Source: Octopus bimaculoides (Eukaryota). Taken from it: DNA of 64,000 nucleotides. The DNA is taken from the NCBI RefSeq assembly GCF_001194135.2, contig NC_068982.1:183133588-183197587 (forward strand), in the 5' to 3' direction. This document shows positions 50,614-64,000 of the stretch, piece after piece (the first letter of the stretch is position 1; each line of letters starts with the position of its first letter). Under the pieces are notes generated by a model, which saw only the letters and a list, made by a program, of their open reading frames with translations, was not told the DNA's origin and did no database searches. The translations under genes and the position numbers were made by a program.

Positions 50614-50765
50614 TGGCCTCACGGAGGCAAAGTGGGAGAGTTCCTTTGGAGCATTGGGCCTCGTGAAGACAAAGTGGTTGAGTTCCTTTTGAGCATCGGT
50701 CCTCATGCAGGCAAAGTGGCTGAATTCCTTTTGAGTGTTGGGCCTCACACAGGCAATGAGCGAGA
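50614..50765 (+). repeat. 42-bp minisatellite (~3.5 units) at the 5' side of an RTE 3' fragment
   Basis: Units of ggcctca..gaggcaaagtgg..gagttcctttt.agcatt, which translate as GP...KV.EFLLSI in ORF 50518-50997. Confidence 0.8.
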
Positions 50766-51430
50766 CCTTTGGCATTATGTCATGCTTGAGAAGACTCGTC
50801 AAGCTGAGCAAAATCACAGTCATGACAGATACTGGTGTCACGCAAAATGGCACCCGTGCCAGCAGCACATAAAAGCACCCATTACACTCTCAGAGTGGTT
50901 GGCATCAGGAAGAGCATCCAGCCGTAGAAAACCATGCCAAATCAGACTGGAGTCTGGTGCAGCCTTCCAGCTTACCAGCCTTGGTCAAACCATCTAACCC
51001 ATGTCAGCATGGACAATGGCTGTTAAATTATGATGATAATGATGATGATGATGAAAAACACACACTCACACACACATACATATATACATATCATGTAACC
51101 ATGTGACTGACCAGCCTATCGGATGTTGTTATACATTGCTGGTCACAATGCACTTCGCATCGTTTTACCTTTCGAATGATGCCATCCCACTGGCAAGGCA
51201 AGTGGACTGATATTCCTCTTGATAAGAAAGCTAGACTGTTGCAGGAGTTATTCATTTACAGTTGAGTGGATTGGGATATGAAAAACAAAATTGTGTTTTG
51301 CTCAAGAACACAAAACACTGCCCAGTGCAGGAATTGAACCCAGAATCTTGTGGTCATGATCATGAATGCAATACCCTAACCACTAGGCCACATGCCTTCT
51401 AACACACACACACACACACACATATATATA

Positions 51431-51510
<80 letters not shown>

Positions 51511-52611
51511 TACTCACAGAGAATGGGCTTTTAGTTTCTGTCAACCAAAACCACTTATAAGGCTTTGGTCAGCCCAGGGCTATAGTAAGATAACATTTGC
51601 TAACGTGCCATGCAGTAGAACTGAACTCAGAACCATGTGTGGGGAAGCAAACTTAGCCACACAGCCACATTTGTACCTCAGTCTCTACAGAAAAATGGCT
51701 AGAGAGTTTGTGGACTGAGTGAACTCGATTAAAAAACTACCCCCAACAATATGGTGTTGATGATGGAGACATTAAACCAGATAACCTGTTAAACACGGTG
51801 GTAGTAGAGATGATGACGACGATGATGATGATGATGATGATGAAGATTATAATAGGGGTGGTAGTGGCAGAGGGAGTGTGTCAATTACGGCATTGATGGT
51901 AATAGTGTGGTGTGGCAGTGATGGTATTGATGGTGATCAGTAAAACTGAAAGTCGTAACTTTCCCCTTAAATATTTTCTTTGTTCCTTCCTATGTGTTGC
52001 TGTCAATTCTGCTTTTATTTTTCATTTCATTCATTTCGTTGCAGTCGTTGTTGTCCTCGTTCTTGTTGCTGTTGCTTCTGTTGCTATACTTGTTGTTGCC
52101 ACATCTTCTCCTTCTTCGATTCCTCTCCTCACCACCACCACCCTATCCCCCAGCTCCCCCCCCCTCTATGGAGATTTCTTGCTCTTATCCTTGAGTTAAC
52201 TTAAGAGGAAAAATCATGAATCATAGATTCTGGGAGATGGCAGTGTTCTTCTCTTTGACTTGCTGAAGACAATCCAAAATGTCAGATTCTTCTAATTCTG
52301 CCAATCAACCNNNNNNNNNNNNNNNNNNNNNNNNNNNNNNNNNNNNNNNNNNNNNNNNNNNNNNNNNNNNNNNNNNNNNNNNNNNNNNNNNNNNNNNNNN
52401 NNNNNNNNNNNNNNNNNNNNNNNNNNNNNNNNNNNNNNNNNNNNNNNNNNNNNNNNNNNNNNNNNNNNNNNNNNNNNNNNNNNNNNNNNNNNNNNNNNNN
52501 NNNNNNNNNNNNNNNNNNNNNNNNNNNNNNNNNNNNNNNNNNNNNNNNNNNNNNNNNNNNNNNNNNNNNNNNNNNNNNNNNNNNNNNNNNNNNNNNNNNN
52601 NNNNNNNNNNN

Positions 52612-52656
<45 letters not shown>

Positions 52657-53129
52657 CATATATGTGTGTGTGTAGTCCAACCAACCAATCAGAAACGTCT
52701 GCCAATTAACCTTCTTTCAAACATACCAACTAATCAGTTAGATGCTTAAAACTATCACTACACAACCACCACATAGCCATCACGCAGACCCTAAGTACCA
52801 CTACATGACCACAACATAACCACCATTACACAAGCACTACAGAACCACTAAACAATTAATTGGGACTACACCATTCAATGTCTTTTTAATATCTTCTACT
52901 CTCCAGGGATATACCATGGTCCTTGGTAACACAATCTAGTGTATCCCACTCCTAACAAAGGTAACCACCTCAGACCTGCTGTCACCTATTAACACTCACT
53001 AGTTATATTTCTTAAGTAATGGAGATTGTTGTTTGTAATGATGTACTGCATCTAAATTCCCACCTCTCTCTTTCTTTCTCTTTCTCTCACTCATTTTCTT
53101 TAATGACTACCAGTACAGTTCCCATAAAA

Positions 53130-54330
53130 CTAGATCCACAGGTGATCTACTTCCTTATATCACTAACAACTGAGCATCCCTCTTATCGAAATTTGGTGAA
53201 AGCAATTTTGTCAGCCTCAACATTATCAGCAAAGCTTTCAACCATATATGGCATGCAAATCTCCTATTGAAAATCCAGGGATACGGGTGCTTTCTGTCTC
53301 TCATCTTTTGGATTGGTAGCTTCCTATCTGATCTCACTATTGCAGCAATTGTTGAGAAAGCCCTTTCCATTCTTCATTTCATCAACTCAGGAATACCCAA
53401 GTTTCAGTTTTGTCCCCAACTCCCTTCCTCTTATACATATCAATGACTTATTTACCATCACATCCAACAATGTCCACTCTTGCACACATGATACTACCCT
53501 TCATGATTCTTTATCTTCTCCAACCAGAAATTATCTACTTGCAATCTAGTCACCACACAAGACCTCCACTGATTCCATGAACCTTAAAAGTGATCAAAAA
53601 GGCAATTGCTGATAGAGATATGCCAAACTTATCTTCCAACAGCAAAAAGTACAAACACTACTCTTTCATGAAAACATCATGAGCAGCATGCAGTTAGAAC
53701 CTTTATGGCTGCTCTCAATGTTGGGCCTCAATGTCACCTAGTATCTCTCCTGGTAAAAGCACCTCCTTAACATAGCTTACACCACATCCCAATGACTACC
53801 CCTTCACTTCAGGTTCAGAAAATACTTCAGCTCCCAACAGTTATTGACATTCTACTAAGCTCAGCTGAAGCCCATGATGGAATTCATTTCCCCCATCTGG
53901 GAGGATTTTACTGCTACATTCACAGACTCTCTAGAGTACATCCAGACTAAGAACACCTGACTGACTGGCATAAACTCATTCACAGACACCCTCTATCCTC
54001 TATTCTACATGTGTTGTCTCCTTGCTTTGCATTTTCTACTAAAATTACAATAGCCTCTGCTGTTCTGAGCTGGGTTTGTACCTCTTCCACTCAGGCATTC
54101 CTGATTTCCTCTGTCTCTCTTCTTTTTCTTTTACTCTTGTTGTGTCCTCACATATCCATCAGGTCCACATTAACCACTGCCTCCTATCCTTCCTACTCAG
54201 AACATTGTTCCTCTGGTGTCTCCTTTCTAGTTATGTCTTTCCAGCAGAGTTATGTCTTTCCAGGACTCTACAATTTCATAGGGTCTGTGAAGAGCCTGGG
54301 CATAACCCCTTCCTCCAGACCCAGCAGATA
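53130..54330 (+). mobile_element. CR1/L2-like LINE reverse-transcriptase remnant
   Basis: Decayed ISKAFNHIWHANLLLKIQGYG, LIHINDL..ITSNNVHS..DTTLHDS (YADD region) and FRFRKYFSSQQLLTFY.AQLKPMME. Confidence 0.75.
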
Positions 54331-55499
54331 AAAACAAACATGACATACGAGGCTTTGTCTATGTAATTTAGCAACATCATATCCCTTCTTAACAGGATAC
54401 ATTGATGCTAGTTACTAGTGTGACTGTGCAGCCTCCTACTCAACAAGTGAGTTATTAAATGAGTTATTAAATGTCCCTCTGTGACTCAACTACCACAAAG
54501 ACTGGTCATTAATAAACTACACCCAACTAATTCTTATGTTAATCATTAACTGTCCCCATCTTAGTAAGATCACCACAAAGACTGGGTGGTCATCATTAAA
54601 CAATTATCAACAGACCAGTACTTAATGGCCAACTTATCACCCCTATAACAACAACCTAATCAAAGAAAATTTACCAAAGTTACCTGAGAACTCTACAACA
54701 AAAAACACTTGCTCCATCAGAACACCATCCCTACAACAGTAATAACAGCAAGTCTACGGAAACCCCATCACAAAACAAGCTTAAATATATTAGTCTTTTC
54801 ACTATCTCTTGACACGGCAGCAAACATCACATCTGTTTTATTTCCACTATAGTTAACTCTGATCAACAACAGTCTCAGAAACTATAGTTGCTAGATATAA
54901 ATAGAGTCATAATACCCAATCTTATGGCAGCAGCTATTGTAGTGTGACAACAATCACATATAATATGGTATGTAACTTTGCCTTGACGACAAACACATAT
55001 AATATGGTATATAACTTTGCCTAACTACAAAAGCAAGTGGCAGTTATAACGAGATAAAGGTATCTATCTCGCTGTAAAAACAACAATTTCAACAAAATAT
55101 CTCATTCAATTTAGCAGGGAAAGATGAATGTTAAATAGTGAAAAATAGAAGACAAACTATGGCTCATGAAAAATTCTACACACTACCAAGACTGTAACCA
55201 TGAAATTGCATGAAGTTTTCAATGTCTTATAATTGTTTAGCCCAAAATGCATACTAATTCTAAATACAGCCTCTCTCACATTTATAATGATACCCTTCAC
55301 TTTTCCTTCATGGAAGACACCTGTACACAAGTACGAAAACACCAGTACACTGGCATCATTGAAATGTAACCTAGACACCCAAAATCAGATGTAGTCCTAT
55401 ATTCACTAAAAATGAGAGTTTGCCACAGTTGGAATGTCATTCAATATATGTCAGCTAAATTAGAGTTGATCTGTAGTTAAACAACCTCAAAAACCATTA

Positions 55500-56785
55500 C
55501 CACCACCACTGGAAACTATTAACACTAACAAGGACTTTCTCTCAGAGTGAAAGGTAGACTATATGATGCTTGTGTGAAAACAGCTATATTCCATGGTAGT
55601 GAAACATGGGCTCTGAATGCAGAAGACATACGTAGACTGGAGAGAAATGAAGGCAGTATGCTCCATTGGATGTGCAACACTAGTGCACATCTACAACAAA
55701 GTGCAAGTGTATTGAGAGACAAACTGGGCATAAGAGGTGTCAAATGTAGCATGCAAGAGAGAAGACTACGTCAGTTTGGACATGTGATGTGTATGAATGA
55801 AGACAGCTGCATGAAGAAGTGCTGATCACTGAAAGCAGATGGCACCCGCAGAAGAGGGAGATCCAGGAAGACGTGTGATGTTGGGTCTCAAGGAGGAAAT
55901 GACAACGGACCAAAATATCTGGTGATATGAAGTTCTTCAAAAGACCTACCCACGTCAGCAAAACTGAGTTCTAGAAGCACTGCGTGCCCCACCGACACTT
56001 AACAAGAAAATTTCTCACACACTCTACCACAAAAAACCAAACTACACCGCTACATCTCTTCTCTCCTCACATTTCCACTTCATGCCTACCTCCCACTCCC
56101 CAATCTTGTCCTCTTGGCCCTGTGCCATTGTATCATTGCTATCCACTAGCTTCCAACGTGTGTTCCACCCACCTTCTGTCACACTGTATCATTGCATATG
56201 CCCGGCACTTTGCCACCATCTCTCTCTCTCCTTCTGCACTTCCCTCAGGTTGGGTATTCCTTTTGTGGCAGTGCACCTGTTTCTGTCTTCATTCTAGATC
56301 TCTCTCTCTCTTTCTGGCCAGGTAACCTTGCATCTCCTCTACAGCAAGACACCTGTTTTTGTCTCTCTACCTTACTATAACCTTTCATCATCCAACACAA
56401 GATCACCTCCTCCAATGCCCTCACCCCTCTCAAAAGAGTATTTTCTTTTTTGTCTTGCAGGTTACTTGGTGTCCCTGTCAGTGCAGATGCCACTTAAAAG
56501 TGCCCAATCTACACTGTAAAGTGGTTGGCATTTGGAAGGGCATCCAGCTGTGAAAACCTTGCCAAAACTGACCTTGCCTGTGCTTGTGCCACGTAAAAAG
56601 CACTAAGTCCACTCTGCTGAGTGGTTAGGGTTATGAAGGACATCCATCTGTAACGATCCTGCCAAAACAGTCACAGAAGTCTGGTGCAGGCTTCTGCCTG
56701 GCTGGCTCTTGTCAAACTATCCCAAGCATGCCAGCATGGAAGGTGGGCGTTAAACGATGATGATAATCATCATCATCATCATCAC
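55500..56785 (+). mobile_element. 5'-truncated RTE-clade LINE
   Basis: ORF 55547-55825 reads KGRLYDACVKTAIFHGSETWAL..EDIRRLERNEGSMLHWMC...LRDKLGIRGVKCSMQERRLRQFGHV, followed by R.RGRSRKT, the 3' UTR and the gttaaacgatgatg tail. Confidence 0.88.
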
Positions 56786-59154
56786 CAGCATTACCAACAC
56801 TACCTACACTGCCATCAACACCATCTATAACATCTCCTACTACCACCATCACCACAGTCAAATATCCCCCAGGTTACACCCTACTGTCTTAAAACAGGGA
56901 AGAGAACATTGACCAATAAAGTCATAGATATGTAATATATAGAATGGTCATGGCTGGAACGCTTTGGTGATAAGAGTGCCGGCGCTGGATTAGGGCTGAC
57001 AGAGCTGTGCAGACATTTGTAACATTTGCAAGCATGGCTGTGTTGTAAGAAGTTTGCTTCCCAATGTCATGGCTCCAGGCTCAGTCCCACTGTGTGGCAC
57101 CTTGGGCAAGAGTTTTCTACTTTGGCCTCAGGCCAACCAAGTCCTTGTGAAAAGATTTGTAGACAGAAACCAAAATAAACCCATTGTGTGTGTGTGTGTA
57201 TGTGTGTGTGTGTCTGTGTTTGTCCTCCACGGCCGCTTGACAAAGGAGACCATCAGAATAAGTACCAGGCTTAAAGAGTAGATAGGCATTAGGGTCGATT
57301 CATTCGACTAAAATTCCTTGAAGCAGTGCCCCAGCATGACCGCAGTCTAATGACTGCAACAAGTAAAAGGAGAAAAGATAGGCAAGGGCAGAAGAAGCAT
57401 ATTTAAAAGCACACACCTCTTGGCTACTAATGCGACTGTGCTACCCCCAGAAAACAAGGGAGTATTTCCAGCCACACATCACGTCCTACTTCTGCCACTC
57501 AATGTCCAGCATATTTCAAACCACAACCCCTAAGTTGCTACAGTACAGTCCCCTTACTGCTGGACATCCAGCATATTTCAAGCAACACACCTCTAAATTA
57601 TTAGTTTAGTCCCCCCCTCCCCCACCANNNNNNNNNNAAGCAACACACCTCTAAATTATTAGTTTAGTCCCCCCTCCCCCACCAACACCTCCCCCCTCTA
57701 TCATCCTCCCATTCCCACCCCATCTCAACTGAATATTTTTATTAATCTTTCAGGATGAATTCTTCAACTAAATCCAAGTGAAATGTTTTTAAAAGATATT
57801 TTGACAAATTGAGAAAACAACAGATAAACATGGCATTTATAATCTGCATCATCATCATCATCATCATCATCATCTGTAACTACTTGTCACATAATCAGCA
57901 TCAAAAGGAGCAGCAGCAGCATCTTCAATAATCACGTCACAGACATCATCACCATCACCACCACCACCACCACCACCACCATCACCATCATCATCATCAC
58001 CATCATCATTGCTATGTGTTGTGAGGAAGCCTTTTTTATTGTAAATGTGAAATTTTGCAGTAATAGTAGCAGAACTGGTGATTGTAGTGGTGGTGGTGGT
58101 GGTGGTGGTGGCAGTTGTAATGATAGTGATTGTTGTGATGAAAGTAGTAGTAGTAGTAGTAGTAGTTGTTGTTGTTGTTGTTGTTGTGATGGTGGTGGTG
58201 TAAGTAAAAATGGGGGTGTTAACGGTGGTGGTTATAGCAATGTGGTTGGTGATGTAAAAACAATGGCGGCCAGTATAATAAGCAGTAGTAGCCATTGTTG
58301 TTGTTTAACCCCAGGTCAGCTTTCATCAAGTGGACCTATGACCAAAAGGTGTTCTAGTCTTGACTGTCCTAATATTTTGTATATAAGTTTGTGCATAAAA
58401 CCCTACATTATTTAATTTGTCCTTTTATTTTAGGGCTTGTTTGAGATTTGAGAGGGATTTGAATAATGAAACACCACAACCAGATTCCAAGTTACCCCCC
58501 CCCCNNNNNNNNNNCAAAACTAACAAATCCACTGGCCCTGATATTATCCCTTCCGTTGCACGCCAAACAGTGCACCCCAAAGCTAGTTATTAACTAGCCT
58601 TACCAAACCCTTCAATTTCTTTCTGTCAACAGGAATACACACAAACATCTCATTCCCAAGAAAGAAAAAAAACTCTGGCCCTATCAACACGTGCCCTTTC
58701 ACACAAGCTTCTGATATCTCAAAATTAATGGAGGCATTGATTAACAACAACCTTCTGCAACTCCTTGGATTTATTTCCTCCTCCAGGCAGTCCAATGTGT
58801 TCTTGAGCAAAACACTTCAGTTCACACTGTTCCGGTCTATTCGACTTTAAATGAGTAACCCTGTAAGAAACTGACATACTGTTCAGGGGCAATGTCAAGA
58901 TCTCAGCTGCTTGTATGCTATGGGAACCAGGTAACTAGCCTCATAAGTCTTACAATTCAAGACACTCATGAAATGGCTCTCATAAGCCTGATCTACTGCA
59001 GAACCACTCTCCTATGTCACTGACCAGTTGGCTCTTGCCTTCAAGATATTTGATGAAAGCAGCAAAGCTTCAGACCATGTCTAGATGTGAATCTCCTATC
59101 AAAATTTATCATCTATTAAGCTGGTGAGCTGGCAGAATCATTAATAATCATTAA

Positions 59155-59380
59155 TTAAGGCGGCGAGCTGGCAGAAACGTTAGCAAGCTGGGTGAAATGC
59201 TTAGTGGTATTTCGTCTGCCGTTATGCTCTGAGTGCAAATTCCGCCGAGGTCGACTTTACCTTTCATCTTTCAGGGTCGATAAATTAAGTACCAGTTAAG
59301 CACTGGAGTCAATGAAATTGACTTAATCTCCGTTTGTCCCCTCTATGTTTAGCCCCTTGTGATTAATAAAGAAATAAGAA
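59155..59380 (+). mobile_element. Young SINE (aaggcggcgagctggcagaa family) inserted into the head of an older copy of the same family
   Basis: The older head begins at ~59121 (gctggtgagctggcagaatcatta) and resumes at ~59380 (gaattattagcac...gagttc-like...gcctttcatcctttcagggtc). Confidence 0.75.
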
Positions 59381-60026
59381 TTATTAGCACCCCAGGAAAA
59401 GTGCTTCACAGCATTTCATTCATTATTATGTTTTGGGTTCAATTTCTGGCAAGGTTGATTTGCCCTTCATCCTTTCAGGGTCATTATAATGAGCACCAGT
59501 CAAGCATTGGAGTCGATATAATCAACCTACCCCTTGACCCAAGCTTGCTGGCCCCATGTCAAAATTTGAAACTAATATTTACCACCTATGACCCCTATCT
59601 CCCTCTCATCTCTTCTTGCTATATCTCAGTATCATAGCCTGTGCTGACTGAATTCCATTTTTAATTCTTATTCCATCAACTCTGGTGTGTTCCATGATTT
59701 AGGTTTTTTTCCACACACTCTTCCACCTTTACATCAACCTATTTGCTGTTACATCCACTCTTATGCTGACAACACAATCCTTCATTCTCCTCTAATATTC
59801 CTCATCCAAATGTTGTCCACATACAACTTAAATGCTTCACATTAAATTTGCATTGAATTTATGAACAGACAACTCAAAAACATTCCTCCCAAGCAGTCAT
59901 GCAGATCTTGTCGTCACTAACAGCAAAAGATAAAAACAGAATCACTGCATACATCAAAAAATATCACACCTCTCCACTGCAAAAACATCGACAGTACATA
60001 GCAGGAACCCTAAAAGCTCACCTTAA

Positions 60027-60247
60027 CCCTTTTGTTACTGTGTTTATTTTGAGATGCTCTGTGATTCTTTCAATTACTTTAAATATAGCAAAGAATTTAG
60101 CAAAATAACTTAGTTATCATTCAGCTAGTGTTAGGGACATAAATTGTGACTAAGGTTTGGTGGGAGATTTTAATTCAAAACTTATGTAAACAAGACATTT
60201 GTACTACAGAGCCAGAGCCGGTTTCAGCCAGGTTGGTAATGAAAGGG
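60027..60247. mobile_element. TTAA-flanked piggyBac-type MITE (221 bp) inserted in a CR1-like remnant
   Basis: TTAA|cccttttgttac ... gtaatgaaaggg|TTAA, with CCC/GGG termini. Confidence 0.75.
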
Positions 60248-62169
60248 TTAAATGCTAGTCCTCACCATGAAGGACATGAGAGATCTTTAGGATCTCAGGT
60301 CCTTAAAATAGCAAAACCTACAACCCAAAGACTAACCTGCCTCTTTAGAATCAGAAAATATTTCACTCAACAATCCCAAGACATTTATAAAGTTTAGGTG
60401 AAACCCACAGTATAGCATTGCTCCCTAACATAGACATTTGTAATCATACCCCAAAATGGGTCACCTGACAGATTAACATAAAGTGACTCACAGACATACT
60501 CCAGCCTCTAACCCTCAAACTATGTTCTCTCTCTCTCTCTCTCTCTCTATCTCTTTCTCTCTCTCTTTCTCTCTCTTTCTCTCTCTCGCTCTCTCTCTCC
60601 CTCTCCCTTTTCTACTGCTATTATAGTATCCTCTGCTTCTTAGAGGTAGTTTGATCTCAGGCCATGTCCACTCAGACATTCTCAATCCATGCCTTAACCA
60701 CTATGCTCAATCCTTCCTCCTCAGAATGCTTTCCCACTGGAAATTTCCCCCACTTCCACCCCGTTGTCCGTGTTTTCTGTGTAATCACTGACTTGCAACA
60801 GTTCAAGTGGAATATTAGCAGCGTTAATCTCACCAATCTTGGAGGACATGCAAAGGCCATGGATACAAGCTTCTTCTTCCAGACCAAACCAATACCAAAC
60901 AAAGGAGATTTTTATCTCCACCACCACCACCAACATCAACATCAACATCAGCATCAGCATCAACACCAACACTGCCACCCTAACCACATCACTATCAGCA
61001 CTGCCAACAACAATGCTTCGATCACTACCACCACTGCCAATACTCCTCCCCAACACTACAGCCATCACCACAATTACCAACACCAATACAATACATTGAT
61101 TAGTTACAAGAACCATGACAAGATCAATAACTGAACTGACAAACTAAAAATAGACACTCTCTCACTCTCTTTCTCTCACTCTCTTTCTCTCACTCTCACT
61201 CTCTCTCTCTCTCTCTCCCACTCTCTCTCTCTCTCTCTCTCCCACTCTCTCTCTCTCTTTCTATCTAGCTATCTGTCCATTCTTTCTTATCCTTTCTCTC
61301 GTCTACTACAAACTGTCTCTTTCTTTCTCTCCTTACGACCCCTCGTCTCACTCACTTTTCTCTTCCTTTCTGTCATCTTTGTTCTACCTCCCACGCTGTG
61401 CGAAAGCATGTGAATATAAATATATAGGCATAGATATGGATATGTGTGTGTACACACACAGACATGTACATACACACACATGACCACACGCAAATATATA
61501 CCTATATATTTATATTCACACAATGTGAGAAATGATAGAAAAACGCACACTCACACACACAAACAAACAGACACTTGCAAAAAAAGTAAAATATAAAAAA
61601 AACATCTATGTATAAAAACATTGAAACATGTGTTGGTAATGGATTATTTCCAAATTACATAATTTCAGGTTCAGTCCCACTGCAGAGCACCCTGAACAAG
61701 GATTAAGCTGGTGGAAGCTGAAAGAAGTGTACATGTGTGTGTGTATGTGTGTGTCCTTATTCAGTTTTATTTCAGGATTTCTTGCCAATAGAGAAAGAAC
61801 CGGTTTCTAACCTAGATCCAAGGCTCCTTCACTGGAATTTCAATATCAACAGGCTATTTTTGTACATATGTATGTATGTATATGTGCAGATTTGTGTGTT
61901 TTGTTTTATGTATATATGTATGTTTATGTGTGTATGTATGTGTGTATGCGTGTATGTATGGTCAGATCAGTCTCGAGCACTACAGGTAACATGTGATCCA
62001 GTACAACCTGTCACATGGCTGTGTCACTGGTGACTAAACCAGTAACCTCAACAATCTTGCTTGTTGTGGAAGGTGATTTATTGGAGACCCAGTGGAATGG
62101 AAGGTAAAATTTGTCAATGGATGAAGGAACTTAAGAGAGTCAACAGCCATCCAATAATGAGTATATATG

Positions 62170-62276
<107 letters not shown>

Positions 62277-62779
62277 ATGTGTGTGTTTGCAGTAGTACAT
62301 AGTTATTGTACTGTTAGTGGTTCACTTGCTTTCTGTCACATCTAGAGGTGATTTAGTTACCATTATTTATTGAAATAAAGCAGCAAACTGGCAGAACTGT
62401 TGGCATGCCAGACAAAATGATTAGCGGCATTTCGTCCAACTTTGCATTCTGAGTTATAATTCCTTTTGGTGTTGATAAAATAAGTGTTAGGCGAGCACTG
62501 GGGGGTCAGTGTAATTGGCTTATCCTCTCCCTCAAAATTTCAGGCCTTGTGCCCATAGCAGAAAGGACTATTTATTGATTTAAGTAAGTGACTCTTGTAT
62601 TACCGTAACTGTCTTTGGGCTGTTTGTGTTATGCATACTGGCTGTTTGAATTTGTAAGTGGAGTTGGATTGTAAACTTTAGTATAGAAATCAAAATTTGA
62701 GGAAGTATAGATCAATATTGATGGTGTGTGGTGGAGGCTTCTCCATATAAGGTGATATGATGAGACATGACCCGTTCAC

Positions 62780-63130
62780 TGAATTAGATTGTGGATAAAA
62801 TATCTTTTCTGATCACCCAGTGAGTCATGCAGTTTTGGATATTGGTTGTGATGTGTTAGTATTGTATGCTGCGTTTCAATGAGGTGTATCTCAGGATATT
62901 TAAGGTATAACCCTTTCATTACTATATTTCTGACCAAAATACACCCCGCATGAGTTTCAATTCTAAAATAAGCATGAATTTGGACTAGTTTCATTAAACA
63001 ACTTTCCTGCAAAAGACTATGGGTAGACCCTGTCTCAGAAAATTTGTTAGTAAAAAGATTTTTACTCCATTCTGGTGTAAAATCAACGTCGCTGTCGCTG
63101 CTTTCAATTTCTTCAGAATCACTACTTTCA
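62780..63130 (-). pseudogene. Possible piggyBac-like transposase N-terminal remnant, interrupted at its 5' side by an RTE-tail SINE
   Basis: Acidic SDSEEIESSDSDVDFTPEWS followed by F.ETGSTHSL and ILVRNIVMKGLY, loosely resembling the N-terminus of PGBD-type transposases. Weak, frameshifted match. Confidence 0.3.
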
Positions 63131-63132
63131 GT

Positions 63133-63409
63133 TTCGGATCGTTGCCAGTGCCCCTGGACTGGCTCTTGTGCGGGTGGCACATGAAAGACACCATTTTGAG
63201 CGTGGCCGTTGCCAGTGCCACCTGACTGGCCTTCGTGCGGGTGACACATAAAAGCACCCACTACACTCTCTGAGTGGTTGGCGTTAGGAAGGGCATCCAG
63301 CTGTAGAAACTCTGCCAAATTAGATTGGAGCCTGGTGTTGCCATCCGGTTTCACCAGTCCTCAGTCAAATCGTCCAACCCATGCTAGCATGAAAAGCGGA
63401 CGTTAAACA

Positions 63410-63444
<35 letters not shown>
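63133..63444 (+). mobile_element. Short RTE-tail retroposon (SINE-like)
   Basis: Same structure and sequence as 1163-1478, ending ggacgttaaacaa(tga)n. Confidence 0.8.
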
Positions 63445-64000
63445 ATGCATGCTGGGCAAGTATGCACTGGGACATAGAAATATTCAGGTTAGTGTCCAAG
63501 AGCACAGTAAGCCCACTAGGAATGACCGACCCCTGGTCTTTGTTAAGGCATCTCTTTAAGGGAAGTAAAAATCACATATAAAAGCTGCTGCTCTACTGAC
63601 CAAGATATCATGCACTTTGTTTGTCTCTGGGTTTCTCGGTTTTACTAGCATTAGTCACTGTGGTTTTGAGCAAGCCACACTCGACTTAAAACACTTGCAC
63701 AGGCATTGCTGATACTAATGCCAGGGATGGTTATTCTCGTCTAATGAGTAGACAGCCATCATGCCATGTATGTAGACATGATGCATGTATATGTGTGTGC
63801 GATCCATAAAAGGTCTTCACATTACAAATGTCATAGATGTCATGCTTGTGGATGATGACATAATCCAGCAAGTGTCCAACTTTAAACCTTGGATGCATCC
63901 ATGTTGTTGTGTGATCACATTTGTACATAAAATGAGTGCTTGCGCGATATAAAGTCCCTGTTTATCCCAAAACTCCAGATATACAGGTCCTGAGGGAAGC

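Larger units (their letters stand above)
58640..60480 (+). mobile_element. Second fragmented CR1/L2-like LINE, split by nested SINEs and a TTAA MITE
   Basis: Collinear RT pieces: ISKLMEALINNNLL (~58720), SKASDHV (~59060), a GVPQGS/YADD-like region (~59680-59790) and LFRIRKYFTQQ (~60345). Confidence 0.55.

Noticed and set aside
57579-57684. ~50-bp direct repeat across a 10-N gap (likewise ~24260-24455)
   Set aside because: Identical sequence on both sides of a nominal 10-N gap suggests unmerged contig overlap.
60672-60902. Minus-strand ORFs (MSSKIGEINAANIPLELLQVSDY... and ...WKWGKFPVGKHSEEEG) as upstream exons
   Set aside because: Possible donors exist (gtgaga, gtcagt), but there is no acceptor with a pyrimidine tract and no recognisable homology.

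Overview
AT-rich eukaryotic draft-scaffold window with many N gaps, dense (TA)n/(CA)n/(TAA)n/(GAT)n microsatellites and interspersed repeats. The repeat types resemble those I associate with coleoid cephalopods (Octopus-like); this is recognition, not a database result. Most of the window is intronic or repeat-derived. I find one protein-coding gene, on the minus strand: a SASH1/SLy-family adaptor, seen as three short exons (41736-41846, 29726-29829, 8263-8319) that splice in frame to ...KDLVESKKKTTALGKLFRNMGLRKSGRNKFSYKQHQG-DPNAYEITMNDDDRIALMVMVKEGKITTEHALEV-VKRFEDHRRLTGEGDEQIN... No SH3 or SAM exons were found, so they probably lie beyond coordinate 1. The introns hold three Tc1/mariner remnants, hAT and TTAA-type MITEs, RTE, CR1-like and Penelope-like retroelements, and several tRNA-derived SINE families. 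The best leads are: two near-complete type I hammerhead ribozyme folds (3055-3100 on +, 5898-5978 on -); a ~2 kb array of at least 16 degenerate units, many reading AATAAA-16 nt-poly(A) in the gene's sense; a candidate low-complexity alternative terminal exon just upstream of that array; and an inverted SINE cluster next to the 57-nt exon. Nearly all supplied ORFs are microsatellite or gap artefacts. No prokaryotic features (CRISPR, operons) are supported.
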